DNA of 64,000 nt from NCBI GenBank assembly GCA_022799355.1, contig JAAWOG010000010.1:5766-69765 (forward strand), written 5' to 3'. Source of the stretch: Lachnospiraceae bacterium (lineage in GTDB: Bacteria > Bacillota > Clostridia > Lachnospirales > Lachnospiraceae). Below, one piece after another: positions 17,769-27,674 of the stretch (position 1 is the stretch's first letter; each line of letters opens with the position of its first letter). A program made the translations under genes and the position numbers. The notes below the pieces were generated by a model. The model saw only the letters and a program-made list of their open reading frames with translations, did no database searches and was not told the DNA's origin.

Positions 17769-19243
17769 ATGGCATTAAAGATAAGGGGAAACTTCATGGG
17801 CAATACAACGGATAAACCTGTTGGTGTCAGTTTTCTGGTGGAAAAATATATTCAGGAATATATAGCACAGGGCGGAAGCAAGATAAAATTCATAACAGGA
17901 TGTGCAAGAAGCGGAAAAACATACCTGCTCCGTTTTATGTGCAGTAAAGTACAGGAGAGTAACTATTGTCCTGTGTTTTTTTCGCCCAAAAGATCTGACT
18001 GCATGATTTTAAGGAGATAGATCTGGAAATTCTTCGTCAGTGTAAATTGAAGGAATATTTAAAGGGCTGTGCTGGAAATCTGGTCAGAGGAATGGGGTAT
18101 GAACCTTCGGAAATTCCGGATGGCCGGACGTTTATCGACTATCTGGCGCAGGAAAATATGAGTGATGCACTGAACTGGCGTGAGATCCACACGCAGTTAA
18201 AGGAAATGTTTTTGGATAATCCGCTTCTGGACAATAATTTTGCACTCGCCTGCAGTATGTTGACAGGCAGCATTTTAGGGTATCCCGTGCTGGAAGATCA
18301 GAGCAGGGACATGCTTTTGGGGTGGCTCTATGGGGACAGGACAGTGAAACTGGCTCAGCTTTGCGCCCTCGGACTTTCAACAACAAGAATCACAAAGTAT
18401 AACGTAAGACACATGCTGCGCTCTTTTGCGAAGGTTATCCGCATGGGCGGATTTTTATGGAGTCGCGCCATATGACAGAGGCGCTTCTCTTTGGCATACC
18501 TTCAAGGATTTTGAGAAGGTGTTTTTCCGGTACGCGTCCAAAGGTACTCAGGGATCTTTCGGAGCATTTAAGCGATGTTTGTGAGAGCAGAAATCTTCAG
18601 GAATGATCATCTGCGGAAAATATGAGGGAGGAAAGACACATCTGCTCAACACGGTTTTTAATATGGCGAGTGAGAACAACATGGTGGTTTCCTACTTATC
18701 TTTGAACAAAGAGACGCCTATAGACAAACTCTATATGCTTTATCCGAAACTGATGGTGAATACTTATCTTCCAAGAAGGCTTCAGCCCGGGTTTATGCAG
18801 GTGTTTGATACCATGACCGCAGGGAGCAGGCTTGCCTCCGAGATGATGGCTTATGTTGCGGGGCATCTTGAGACGGATAAATTGTATTATCTTCTGAGGG
18901 CGTGCCTGAAAACGGAAGATGCGGAGGAGAAGTTTAAGCTGCTGGCTGATCTGGAAGGGGATTCTGTGGAGGAACTGCAATATCAGGTGTATGTGGTTAA
19001 TTCGGCAAGATATCAGCTGGCAAGGACAATTTTAGGCAAGCTAAGAGCCGGCATAATTATGAAATAGCATTGCAGGAAGGCGTTATTTCCGAGGTCAGAC
19101 TGATTCAGATTGCGTTACATTTTCGTGAAGATGAATATGAAGAATACCAGGAGTTGTCAGAACGAATGAAGGCGACTCGGCGGCAATTGTACCTGCGTTA
19201 TCCCCTTCTGAAAAAAGAGGGGGTTTGTATTATCTGTTTATAG
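17769..19243 (+). pseudogene. Decayed P-loop NTPase locus: at least four collinear fragments in alternating frames, carrying two separate Walker A motifs
   Basis: The fragments are 17769..18020 (FITGCARSGKTYLL), 18047..18475, 18603..19067 (IICGKYEGGKTHLL, preceded in another frame by ..RRCFSGTRPKVLRDLSEHL..) and 19067..19243 (..YQELSERMKATRRQLYLRYPLLKKEG..*). Frames run 0, 2, 0, 2 with in-frame stops at the joins. The layout recalls STAND/ORC-like or DUF2791 (BrxD-like) ATPases, but I cannot verify the family. Confidence 0.6.
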
Positions 19244-19315
19244 AGGAGAGCATGGAGGAAAAGAGTTATTTTCCGCTTCAGGGGGAATACTTTCAGGTGG
19301 AGGATTGGGAGTACG

Positions 19316-20881
19316 ATGCTTCAGGAGATTAAAAGAAGGGTGAGTTTAAAAGGATCAAAAGCTGCGGTATGGATCGTATCTGTCTTTTTGCTTTTTGCGT
19401 TGCTGCCGCTTTTTGTGATTGCACATTTTAATTATCCGTGCAGTGATGACTTCGCGTATGCGGGGGCGATTTATTCCGGGATAAAAAACGGATGCAGTTT
19501 TTGGCAGATTTTGAGGGGCTGTTGGGAGACGGCAATGAGTTACTATAGAAACTGGCAGGGGCGCTATTTTGATGATATTGTTTCGGCATTTGGCGTGGGA
19601 ACGGCTGTTCCTGAATTTTACTTTTTGGGAACGTATTTGACACTGGTTCTGTTTGTTATGGCATGTATTGGCTTTGTAAGGACGGTTGCATACAGGCTGT
19701 GCCGTTGGGACTCAGATATTTCCTGGATTGTTTCAATGTTGATAACGGCGATGCTGGTATTATATGTGCCATATCCGTCGGAGGCTTTTTATTGGTATGT
19801 AGGGGCAACAGGCTACACCATGGCATATGCGCTTTTGCTGTTTCTGGGACAGACATTGATTGCCTTTTATTCTGCGAAGAAGGGATGTTCTTTTAAAAGA
19901 TGTCCCCAATCTTTGGATGAACATAGCGGATCAGACAGAGAAACAGAGGTTTCTTATCAGGCAAAAAAAACAGAGAAACAGAAAGTGTTGTTTGGTATAC
20001 TGGCGGTTATTTTAACGGCCATGGTTGGGGGAAGCAATTATTCCACAGGGCTTCTTACTGCGGAAATACTGGTAGTGGTATGTGTCCTTATGTTGGTGCT
20101 GAAAAAAAAATGCGGTTTTCTACTGTTTATTCTGGCGGAATATTTGCTTTGCTTTGTGAAATTTAATGCGTTATCCTCCGGAAATAATGCAAGGATGGGG
20201 AATGTGGAGAGCCTGGGTGCTGTGGGAAGTATTTTGGCATCTCTTAGCCAGGGGGCAGTTTTTTTGAAAGAGTGGTTTCGTTTTCCGGTATTTCTTTTTC
20301 TTGTGGTGGTACTTTTGCTGGGGGCTTATCAGTTGGCAAAGATGGAATATTCTTTCCGGCTGCCGGTTTTGGTGACGGTAATTTCTTTTGGGCTGTATTC
20401 TTCCATGATGACACCGGCATTTTTTGCAGGAGCCACATGGGGGCCCGGACGGTTGATTAATCTGGTATATTTCAGTTATTATTTTCTTTTAGCGGGAAAT
20501 CTGTTATATTGGACAGGGTGGGCAGTTCATAAATATGAAAGACTGCGGCAGATAGCAGGAAGGCAAATAAAAATACTGCCTGTATTTTTCTACTTTTTTG
20601 TGTTACTTCTGGTCAGTCTGAAAATATATGGACTGCAATCTACAAATAGTAGCAGTGCATTGTTGTCTTTGGTAAAGGGAGAGGCAGCAGAATATTTGAG
20701 AGAAAATGAGATTCGCTGGGAGATTTTTATGGATGATTCTATAAGAGATGCGGTAGTAGAGGATTTTTCCGTAAAACCGTATGTGTTGTATCATGATGAT
20801 ATTGTAGAGGATGAGACTGATTGGAGAAATCATGCTGTGGCGAACTTTTTTGGAAAAGATTCAGTCAAGTTGAAAAAATAA
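19316..20881 (+). CDS. Polytopic membrane protein, family A (paralog of 29084..30637; resembles what I recall as DUF6056)
   Basis: 521 aa with at least 10 TM segments. Conserved blocks shared with the paralog are HFNYPCSDDFAY, YRNWQGRYF, SEAFYWY, GGSNYSTG, TWGPGRLIN and a C-terminal soluble tail (..NHAVANFFGKDSV). Confidence 0.6.
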   Translation: MLQEIKRRVSLKGSKAAVWIVSVFLLFALLPLFVIAHFNYPCSDDFAYAGAIYSGIKNGCSFWQILRGCWETAMSYYRNWQGRYFDDIVSAFGVGTAVPEFYFLGTYLTLVLFVMACIGFVRTVAYRLCRWDSDISWIVSMLITAMLVLYVPYPSEAFYWYVGATGYTMAYALLLFLGQTLIAFYSAKKGCSFKRCPQSLDEHSGSDRETEVSYQAKKTEKQKVLFGILAVILTAMVGGSNYSTGLLTAEILVVVCVLMLVLKKKCGFLLFILAEYLLCFVKFNALSSGNNARMGNVESLGAVGSILASLSQGAVFLKEWFRFPVFLFLVVVLLLGAYQLAKMEYSFRLPVLVTVISFGLYSSMMTPAFFAGATWGPGRLINLVYFSYYFLLAGNLLYWTGWAVHKYERLRQIAGRQIKILPVFFYFFVLLLVSLKIYGLQSTNSSSALLSLVKGEAAEYLRENEIRWEIFMDDSIRDAVVEDFSVKPYVLYHDDIVEDETDWRNHAVANFFGKDSVKLKK

Positions 20882-20890
20882 GGTGGGATA

Positions 20891-22723
20891 ATGTTCAAAG
20901 AATTGCTTCAGGATAAAAAGAAGAAATATATAGTGATAGTTTTGCTGCTGGGAAGTTTTTTTGTGGCGTTAAAGTGTATTTTTGTCAGTCTTCATATGGA
21001 TGAAGAATATGCTGTCAGCCTGTCTTATCGGCTCCTCAGAGGGGACAGGCTTTTTACACAAGTATGGGATCCGCATCAGACATCGGCGTTTTTGATGGAG
21101 TTTCTGATGTGGATCTATCTGAAACTTTTTGATACAACAACTTATATTGTGGTCTGGGTGAGAGCAATAGGAGTATTGATACAGTTTGGGATAGCTTATT
21201 ATCTGTATCGGATGCTCTGCTATCTGCTTGAGCCGGAGTATAGTTTTTATTTATCCATACTGTATTTTAATTTATTGCCCAAAACGTATGTGATGCCTGA
21301 ATTTTCCAATATGATGGCATGGGGGCTGACGATGCTTTTGCTGAGCTTTTTCAGGCTGTCGATGCTGGAGAAGAAGGAGGCGGAAGATAGAAAACGGAAT
21401 TTGAAAATAATATTGACAACAATAGAGGCAGGGATGTGGCTCTCTTTTGTGGTACTTTCTTATCCGTCCTGTGTGCTGCTGTTTCCCCTTTTGTTGTGGT
21501 ATCTTTGGAAGTATGATGCTTACCGGAAAAGAACAATAGCCGTATTTGCGGGAACCTGTCTTGCGGCAGGGGGAGCGTATATGGCATATTTATTCAGCTA
21601 TATGACGCTATCGGAGTTGCTTGTCAATATTCGGAGCCTGCTGGCGTCCAACGGTTCTCACAGTGACGGAATAATCGGTAAATGCCAGATTTATGGACTG
21701 AATCTGGTGCCGTTGTTGTTATTTGGGACAGGATATTTGGCGGCGGCTGTTATTGTATATCAATGTATAAAGAGAAAGAAATTACGTGTTCATGAGGCGG
21801 GTATCAGGAAAGCGGGAGCAACAGATAAAGGAGGTCTTGCGGCAGATAGTAAATGCGGTTTTGGCATGGGATTGAAACATATGCCGGAAGAAGAAAAGCT
21901 TACTTTTTATTATATCTTCCTGATTACCTCTTTTGTATTGATGTTTCTGCACTGGATATTTATGTTATGGAAGTATGAGCGTTCTTATCCGTATACCATA
22001 TACTTTTTTATCTTTGCGCTTGCATTTTATTATGTAAGAAAACTGCCGGAAGAAAAAAGAATAGTAGCGGATCTCTGGCTGTGGTCAAATGTAGTAATGT
22101 ATATTGCTATTTTGATGCTTACGAACCTGACATTGTTTACATCCGTAAAATATCTATTGACAGGAGTGATCATGGGGGCGGCGGTCCTTTTGATCTATAC
22201 GAAGGAGAGACAGCCGGAGATTTACCGGAAGTATGCGGGCTGTTTTTTGATCGTATGGTGTTTTGTGGCAGTTTTTATAAAAGGCTGGGCTTATACGGAC
22301 AATGACGGATTGATGAAGAATATTACCTGTGTGGGAAATATCATCTCAGTGGGACCGGGAAAGGGCATTGTCACGGAGTATATGCAGGGGTATATGGCGG
22401 AGTGCAGCCATGAGGAATTTGGGACATATATTGAACTGGGAGAGAGCCTGCTTGCGCTTGATACCAATACGATCTGTTATATGTATCAGGATGTCAATAT
22501 CGGTTCCTGTACCACGATCTGCACCCCATCCTTTGATGAGAATCTGCTGGATTATTGGGAAAGGAATCCTGACAAATATCCGGATGTGATAGCGGTGATG
22601 TGCTGGTATGGAGAACTGCAATGGGATCAGGAGAGCTGGATCATGCATTGGATCGAGAATGAATTTGGAGCAACGCAGGTGATCGACGGAAAGTACTTTA
22701 GATATTATATCAGGAGACCATAG
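20891..22723 (+). CDS. GT-C-like polytopic membrane glycosyltransferase (PMT_2/ArnT-like)
   Basis: 610 aa. The first loop carries the acidic motif SLHMDEEYAVSLSYRLLRGDRLF...WDPHQTS. Many TM helices follow, then a C-terminal soluble domain of about 130 aa. Confidence 0.55.
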   Translation: MFKELLQDKKKKYIVIVLLLGSFFVALKCIFVSLHMDEEYAVSLSYRLLRGDRLFTQVWDPHQTSAFLMEFLMWIYLKLFDTTTYIVVWVRAIGVLIQFGIAYYLYRMLCYLLEPEYSFYLSILYFNLLPKTYVMPEFSNMMAWGLTMLLLSFFRLSMLEKKEAEDRKRNLKIILTTIEAGMWLSFVVLSYPSCVLLFPLLLWYLWKYDAYRKRTIAVFAGTCLAAGGAYMAYLFSYMTLSELLVNIRSLLASNGSHSDGIIGKCQIYGLNLVPLLLFGTGYLAAAVIVYQCIKRKKLRVHEAGIRKAGATDKGGLAADSKCGFGMGLKHMPEEEKLTFYYIFLITSFVLMFLHWIFMLWKYERSYPYTIYFFIFALAFYYVRKLPEEKRIVADLWLWSNVVMYIAILMLTNLTLFTSVKYLLTGVIMGAAVLLIYTKERQPEIYRKYAGCFLIVWCFVAVFIKGWAYTDNDGLMKNITCVGNIISVGPGKGIVTEYMQGYMAECSHEEFGTYIELGESLLALDTNTICYMYQDVNIGSCTTICTPSFDENLLDYWERNPDKYPDVIAVMCWYGELQWDQESWIMHWIENEFGATQVIDGKYFRYYIRRP

Positions 22724-22725
22724 AA

Positions 22726-23784
22726 ATGGGAGAGAACAGAAATTCCGGATATCAGTTTTATATAGACATATTGCGGATTATAGCCTGTTTCAGCGTGATC
22801 ATGCTTCATGCATCGGCACAGGCGTGGTATAGCCTGCCGGTGGACAGCTTCGGATTTAAGGTTGCCAATTCCTATGATGCATTGTTTCGATTTGGTGTGC
22901 CGGTTTTTGTGATGATCAGCGGGGCGCTGTTTCTTGCACCTGAGAAGGAACCGGATGTGAAAAAGCTCTATCGCCATAATATCCTGCGGCTGGCCATTTT
23001 GTATATATTTTGGTCCTGCTTATACGGGCTGATGGACTGCAGGGGATTTGATCCTGCCGGGATCGGATGGAAGGATGTTTTGAGAGAGATGATTCTGGGG
23101 CGGTATCACTTGTGGTTTTTGCCGATGATTATTGGGATTTATGTGTTGCTGCCTGTTTTAAAGGTGTGGCTCCGAAATGCGTCTAAGAAGAATATAGAGT
23201 ATTTTTTGCTGTTGTTTTTTGTCTGTCAGATCTTATGTGAGACGATCAGAGCAATCTGTGCTTCCGGTATGGCGGACTATGTGCTGAATCTTTTTCAGCC
23301 GGAGATGGTGTGCAGTTATCTGGGGTATTTTGTGCTTGGATATTATCTGGTGCATATCGGCGTCGATAAGAGATGGCATAAATTTATATATGTGGGCGCA
23401 CTGGCAGGAGGAGTTTTAAATATTGTGCTGGGAAACTATCTGGCAGAACGTGCCGGAGAACCTACCGGAGCAATCTACGACAGCTTTGGACTGTTTACGG
23501 CATTGATTTCCGTGGCACTTGTAATATGGGCGAAGGAGACTTTTTCACGAAAGGCTTTCGGTGCAGGGATGGAGAAGGTTTTTCATGAAATTTCCGCGGC
23601 TACATTGGGAATTTATGTGATGCATGTAGGATTGATAGAGATTTTGGAAGTCCGGGGGATTCATAGCCAGATGGTATCGCTTGTTTTTGGGATACCGTTT
23701 CTTGCGGTGATATGTTTTATCTGCTGTTTTGCGGTCAGTGCAGTGCTTAGGCGCATTCCGATTGTCGGGAAATATATTTGTTAA
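22726..23784 (+). CDS. Acyltransferase family 3 membrane O-acyltransferase (OafA/WecH-like)
   Basis: 352 aa. YIDILRIIACFSVIMLHA, FRFGVPVFVMISGALFL, HLWFLPMIIGIYVLLP, about 10 TM segments. Confidence 0.85.
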   Translation: MGENRNSGYQFYIDILRIIACFSVIMLHASAQAWYSLPVDSFGFKVANSYDALFRFGVPVFVMISGALFLAPEKEPDVKKLYRHNILRLAILYIFWSCLYGLMDCRGFDPAGIGWKDVLREMILGRYHLWFLPMIIGIYVLLPVLKVWLRNASKKNIEYFLLLFFVCQILCETIRAICASGMADYVLNLFQPEMVCSYLGYFVLGYYLVHIGVDKRWHKFIYVGALAGGVLNIVLGNYLAERAGEPTGAIYDSFGLFTALISVALVIWAKETFSRKAFGAGMEKVFHEISAATLGIYVMHVGLIEILEVRGIHSQMVSLVFGIPFLAVICFICCFAVSAVLRRIPIVGKYIC

Positions 23785-25652
23785 TATACAATATAAACAT
23801 AAATATGATACCAGCTATCTTCCGTCTCAAAAGGGGCTTCCTGCAACAGAGAAAGCCCTTTTTCTTCCGCGTTCATCAGATAAGCGGCAGAAAAGATATA
23901 CTTACAGTTCAGTTCTTTCAGCTTATCGATATTCAGGTCAAGATCATAGACCACACTGTTCCATTTTTTCTCAAAGGTATAGTAATTTGCCTGTTCTGCT
24001 GTGGTGATATAACAACGGTTTCCCCAGTTGTCAAAAAAATCTCTGACATAGTCGTTTTTTTTCAGTTCACCCTCCATAATTTCACGGAAAGTGTGTTTAT
24101 ATTCCAACGGATAATTATTGGAATAGCCGTCCAGACAGTAAAAACCATTGTAAGCGGCAGCGGCAGGGTAGATACCGACACTGATAACACGATAGTTTTC
24201 CTGAGGTTCTCCGATAGCCATATTGATCTGGCTGAAAATATCTTCCGCGAAGAATTTATCCCAGTCAAGAGCGTAGTAATCACTGCCCTTCAGCAGTTTT
24301 GACAGGTTGGGGCGGAGCGGGGAATGAAGCAGTATGGTGATGCCCCAGATTCCTGATACGGCGAAAATAATAACATGTATCAGGAGGGCTTTTCGGTAAT
24401 TTACAGAAACGGAATGTTTAGCATAAGAGGCAGGCTCTGTTCCGGTTTTCCATATATCCGCCAAAAAGCTGAAAAGATATCCTGCCAGAATACACCAAGC
24501 TGTCGGCAGTAGCCAGCAGATGCGGTCCAGGTTAAATGTTTTCAGGATTCCGCCCGAGGTATTTCTGAGTTCTGTGATATAAGATCCATGATAAAAAGCG
24601 TAAAATAAGCAAACAATAAAAATAAAAAGCAATATCCGAAAAGCGTTTAACAAAGTTCGCCGGTTGCTTTGTAAATAAAGGGATTCTTTTTTGCCGGCAG
24701 AACAAAATACTATCAGGCAAAAAACGAAAAGGAAAAAGACAACGGTGTGGTAACTCTGTGCGTAGGAGATCCCCGTTGTAAATGCCTCTTTGAAATAGTC
24801 AGAAAAATTCTGAGGGGAGAGCAGCATTTCGGATTTGTGACTGATATAGGTGGTTTCAGGAAAAAGAACCTGCCTGATCAGTCCTAAATTTGTTATGATA
24901 TATGTTATCAACAGGACAGCAAAGGAGAGCCAGGGAGAGAGAGAAATCTGTCTTTTGGCATGAAGCGCCCTGTATGTTTCGGAAAGCGCAAATATTCCGA
25001 GTATGAACAGGCAGGCGAAGCCAACCAGTACCAGAGAGGAGGAGGCAGCGTAAAATACGATTATAAGGTAACAGGGAAAGCTGCTGCGGCAAAAAATCCT
25101 CGGAATATTTCCGAAAGAGGGGGAATGAGAGCTCTTATCGGTATCTTTCAAAGAAATTTCGCTGCTGAAAAGTGAATGCACAGCATAAATCAACAGAGGC
25201 TGTCCGGGAATGCAAAGCCCATATACCGGATAAAATGGCAGCAGCATAAAAACAACAGCAATCGAAAAAGAAATAAATTCTTTTTCTGTAAGCTTTATCA
25301 AAAGCATATACGTGCCGAGAAAGGCCGTCATGTATATGATCCATTGAGAGATCATAAAAGCGGTAAAAGGGCTGCATATCACATAAAGCAGTACAAACAG
25401 CGGCGCCGGAGGGACTGCTCCTGCGGCAGGAAGTCCGTTCATGATCTCAGGATAGATTCGGATATCAGTGAATAAATATCTGGCGGTCAGCAGGTAGCTG
25501 AAAAGCTCACCGTCTAACTGGTCATGGTAGGTAATGATGCTTCCTGTGCCCAACAGCAGAAAAGGAACCATAAAAAGGCAGGACAAAATAAGTCCCAGTC
25601 CAAGATAACAATTTTTCTTATGTGTATGATACAGAGATAACAATTTATTCAT
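23781..25652 (-). CDS. Large polytopic membrane protein with a C-terminal extracytoplasmic domain (possibly DUF6044-like)
   Basis: 623 aa on the minus strand. The N-terminus is ..GTGSIITYHDQLDGELFSYLLTARYLF, followed by at least 11 TM segments. The C-terminal soluble part is ..GIYPAAAAYNGFYCLDGYSNNYPLEYKHTFREIM... Its stop overlaps the stop of 22726..23784 (shared TTAA at 23781-23784). Confidence 0.6.
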   Translation of the reverse strand: MNKLLSLYHTHKKNCYLGLGLILSCLFMVPFLLLGTGSIITYHDQLDGELFSYLLTARYLFTDIRIYPEIMNGLPAAGAVPPAPLFVLLYVICSPFTAFMISQWIIYMTAFLGTYMLLIKLTEKEFISFSIAVVFMLLPFYPVYGLCIPGQPLLIYAVHSLFSSEISLKDTDKSSHSPSFGNIPRIFCRSSFPCYLIIVFYAASSSLVLVGFACLFILGIFALSETYRALHAKRQISLSPWLSFAVLLITYIITNLGLIRQVLFPETTYISHKSEMLLSPQNFSDYFKEAFTTGISYAQSYHTVVFFLFVFCLIVFCSAGKKESLYLQSNRRTLLNAFRILLFIFIVCLFYAFYHGSYITELRNTSGGILKTFNLDRICWLLPTAWCILAGYLFSFLADIWKTGTEPASYAKHSVSVNYRKALLIHVIIFAVSGIWGITILLHSPLRPNLSKLLKGSDYYALDWDKFFAEDIFSQINMAIGEPQENYRVISVGIYPAAAAYNGFYCLDGYSNNYPLEYKHTFREIMEGELKKNDYVRDFFDNWGNRCYITTAEQANYYTFEKKWNSVVYDLDLNIDKLKELNCKYIFSAAYLMNAEEKGLSLLQEAPFETEDSWYHIYVYIVY

Positions 25653-25788
25653 AGCATTATATTAATAAGGAAAGATTGGGATGTCAACTATAAATCAGCC
25701 TTTCCAGACCAGGCTGATGATTTAAGATGGAAAAACAACGGTACAGGCAGAGGGGGATAAACGATGGGCGTCCATTTATGAATTAACA

Positions 25789-25817
25789 TTGAAATAATAA
25801 ATGAGATAAGTTATAAT
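25789..25817 (+). promoter_or_regulatory. Near-consensus sigma-A promoter for the CotH-VTC-DUF4956 operon
   Basis: TTGAAA (25789-25794), a 17-nt spacer, and TATAAT (25812-25817), 94 nt upstream of ATG 25911. The leader contains the palindrome TTCCATAT-n8-ATATGGAA (25846-25869). Confidence 0.6.
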
Positions 25818-25910
25818 TCGTAACAGACAGAAAGATTATCATATTTTCCATATGTCTGGAAATATGGAATAAATAATAGAATTACGAAGACAATTAAAGA
25901 TGTACCAAAG

Positions 25911-27674
25911 ATGGAGGTGAGTTTCATCAGTCAGTCTAAAAAAATTACGGCAGGATTTATATTACTTTTAACAGTTATAATGGGGGCATTTTTGACTGGT
26001 GATTCTCAAAGAACTGTACATCTTGGCTTTTCTGAAAAGCCGGGATATTATGACGAGGTTATTGAACTGAAAATTTTGGGAAGCGATGGAAACAGGGTAT
26101 ATTATACTCTGGATGGGAGCGATCCCGGAACGGACGGAATATTATATGAACCGGATAAGCCGATTATACTTACGGATGCCAGTGCCAATCCGAATGTTTA
26201 TTCGGCGAGAACGGATACTTCTACCGCGTTTCTTAGTGATCTGGTAGAGACATATTCATCGGGAGCGGAGGAACCCGGATACACGGTTCCCGATTATCCT
26301 GTTGACAAATGCAATGTGGTTCGTGCCGCTGCTTTTGATAAAAAGGGAAATTGCCTTGATACGATAACAGGTGTATATTTTGTGGGATTTCAGGATAAGA
26401 TCGGTTATGATAAAATATATACCGCCTCGATTGTAACAGATCCGGATAATCTGTTTGATTATGACAGGGGGATTTATGTTACGGGAAGTACGTTTGAGGA
26501 AGCAAAAGATACCATTTTTGGTTCCGACGGCGAGGGGAATGATTCGGTTTTGGAACATCGTTCCTGGTACTGGTGGACGTCAAACTACAGTAACAGAGGA
26601 ATCGAGTGGGAAAGGGAAGCGGTAGTAACCATTTTTGATGAGGGAAAAGAGCAGGTTTTGTCAGAAAACTGTGGTATCAGAATACAAGGCGGGGGCAGTA
26701 GGGGAATGCTGCCGAAAAGCATTGGCTGCTATGCGAGAAGAGATTACGGAGGAAGCTATAATTTTCAGACGCCATTGTTTCAGGAAGAGATATATCCTCA
26801 TAAGTTTGTCTTTTTTTCCGGTGGTGATGATAATGTTTTTAAATTAATGGATTATCTGGCGAATACAATGGAAAAGGATCTTGCTTTTTCCACGATGGAT
26901 TTTATTCCCTGCGCGGTTTTTCTGAACGGGGAATACTGGGGAGTTTATTATATGACGGAAAATTACAACCGTGATTTTATCAGCAGCCACTATAATGTGG
27001 AAGAGGATAATGTGATCATGGTAAAGAATGGTGAACTGGCAGAAGGAAAGGGACAGGAGGTAAGGCTTTTTGAGGAAATGGTGTCATTTATTGCCGGTAA
27101 TGACATGACACTGGAGGAAAATTATGAGCGGGCGTGCCGTCTGATCGATGTAGACAGTTACATAGATTACTATGCGGCACAGACATATATTGCGAGATAT
27201 GGTGACTGGCCCGGGGGAAACTATGCGGCGTGGAGGACAAGAAAGAGCGAAGGTTCTGCCTATGGAGACTGCAGGTGGAGATGGATGCTTTTTGATGTGA
27301 ATTCCGGAGCATTGGCTGTTGATATGGTGGAGGCGGATATATTTGTGAGTATTCCGCAGAGTGATGTGGTGTTTCAGTCATTGTATCAAAATGAAGCGTT
27401 TCGGGCAAAATTTGCCGAAAGGTTATTATATATAGGCAGAGAGATATATTCAGAGGAAAACTGTCAGGCTTTTCTGGAGGATTATGTGCAGAGGATGAGG
27501 GAGCCGGTTGCCGCAGGCAGCCTTCGGTTTTATAATGATGCGCGAAGAGAGGAATTTGACAGGAATGTTGAAAATATCAGTTTGTTCTTTGAGGGAAGAT
27601 ATGATGCCATATGGAGTTCGCTGACAGAGAACATGGGAGAAGAATGGCTTAGAAAAAATGGAATACAGAAATGA
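25911..27674 (+). CDS. CotH kinase-family protein with an N-terminal signal anchor (exported)
   Basis: 587 aa. TM anchor ITAGFILLLTVIMGAFLTG. CotH-type blocks are CGIRIQGGGSRGMLPKSIGCYARRDYG, CAVFLNGEYWGVYYMTENYNRDFI and VDSYIDYYAAQTYIARYGDWPGGNYAAWR. Confidence 0.8.
   Translation: MEVSFISQSKKITAGFILLLTVIMGAFLTGDSQRTVHLGFSEKPGYYDEVIELKILGSDGNRVYYTLDGSDPGTDGILYEPDKPIILTDASANPNVYSARTDTSTAFLSDLVETYSSGAEEPGYTVPDYPVDKCNVVRAAAFDKKGNCLDTITGVYFVGFQDKIGYDKIYTASIVTDPDNLFDYDRGIYVTGSTFEEAKDTIFGSDGEGNDSVLEHRSWYWWTSNYSNRGIEWEREAVVTIFDEGKEQVLSENCGIRIQGGGSRGMLPKSIGCYARRDYGGSYNFQTPLFQEEIYPHKFVFFSGGDDNVFKLMDYLANTMEKDLAFSTMDFIPCAVFLNGEYWGVYYMTENYNRDFISSHYNVEEDNVIMVKNGELAEGKGQEVRLFEEMVSFIAGNDMTLEENYERACRLIDVDSYIDYYAAQTYIARYGDWPGGNYAAWRTRKSEGSAYGDCRWRWMLFDVNSGALAVDMVEADIFVSIPQSDVVFQSLYQNEAFRAKFAERLLYIGREIYSEENCQAFLEDYVQRMREPVAAGSLRFYNDARREEFDRNVENISLFFEGRYDAIWSSLTENMGEEWLRKNGIQK

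Noticed and set aside
23781-23784. Convergent genes whose stop codons overlap on opposite strands (shared TTAA)
   Set aside because: The overlap is real but probably incidental. It implies no intergenic terminator between the two convergent genes, and I see no further structure to interpret.
23778-24302. 174-aa plus-strand ORF following the acyltransferase gene
   Set aside because: It lies antisense to the C-terminal soluble domain of the 623-aa minus-strand membrane protein, which has a coherent architecture. There is no SD upstream.
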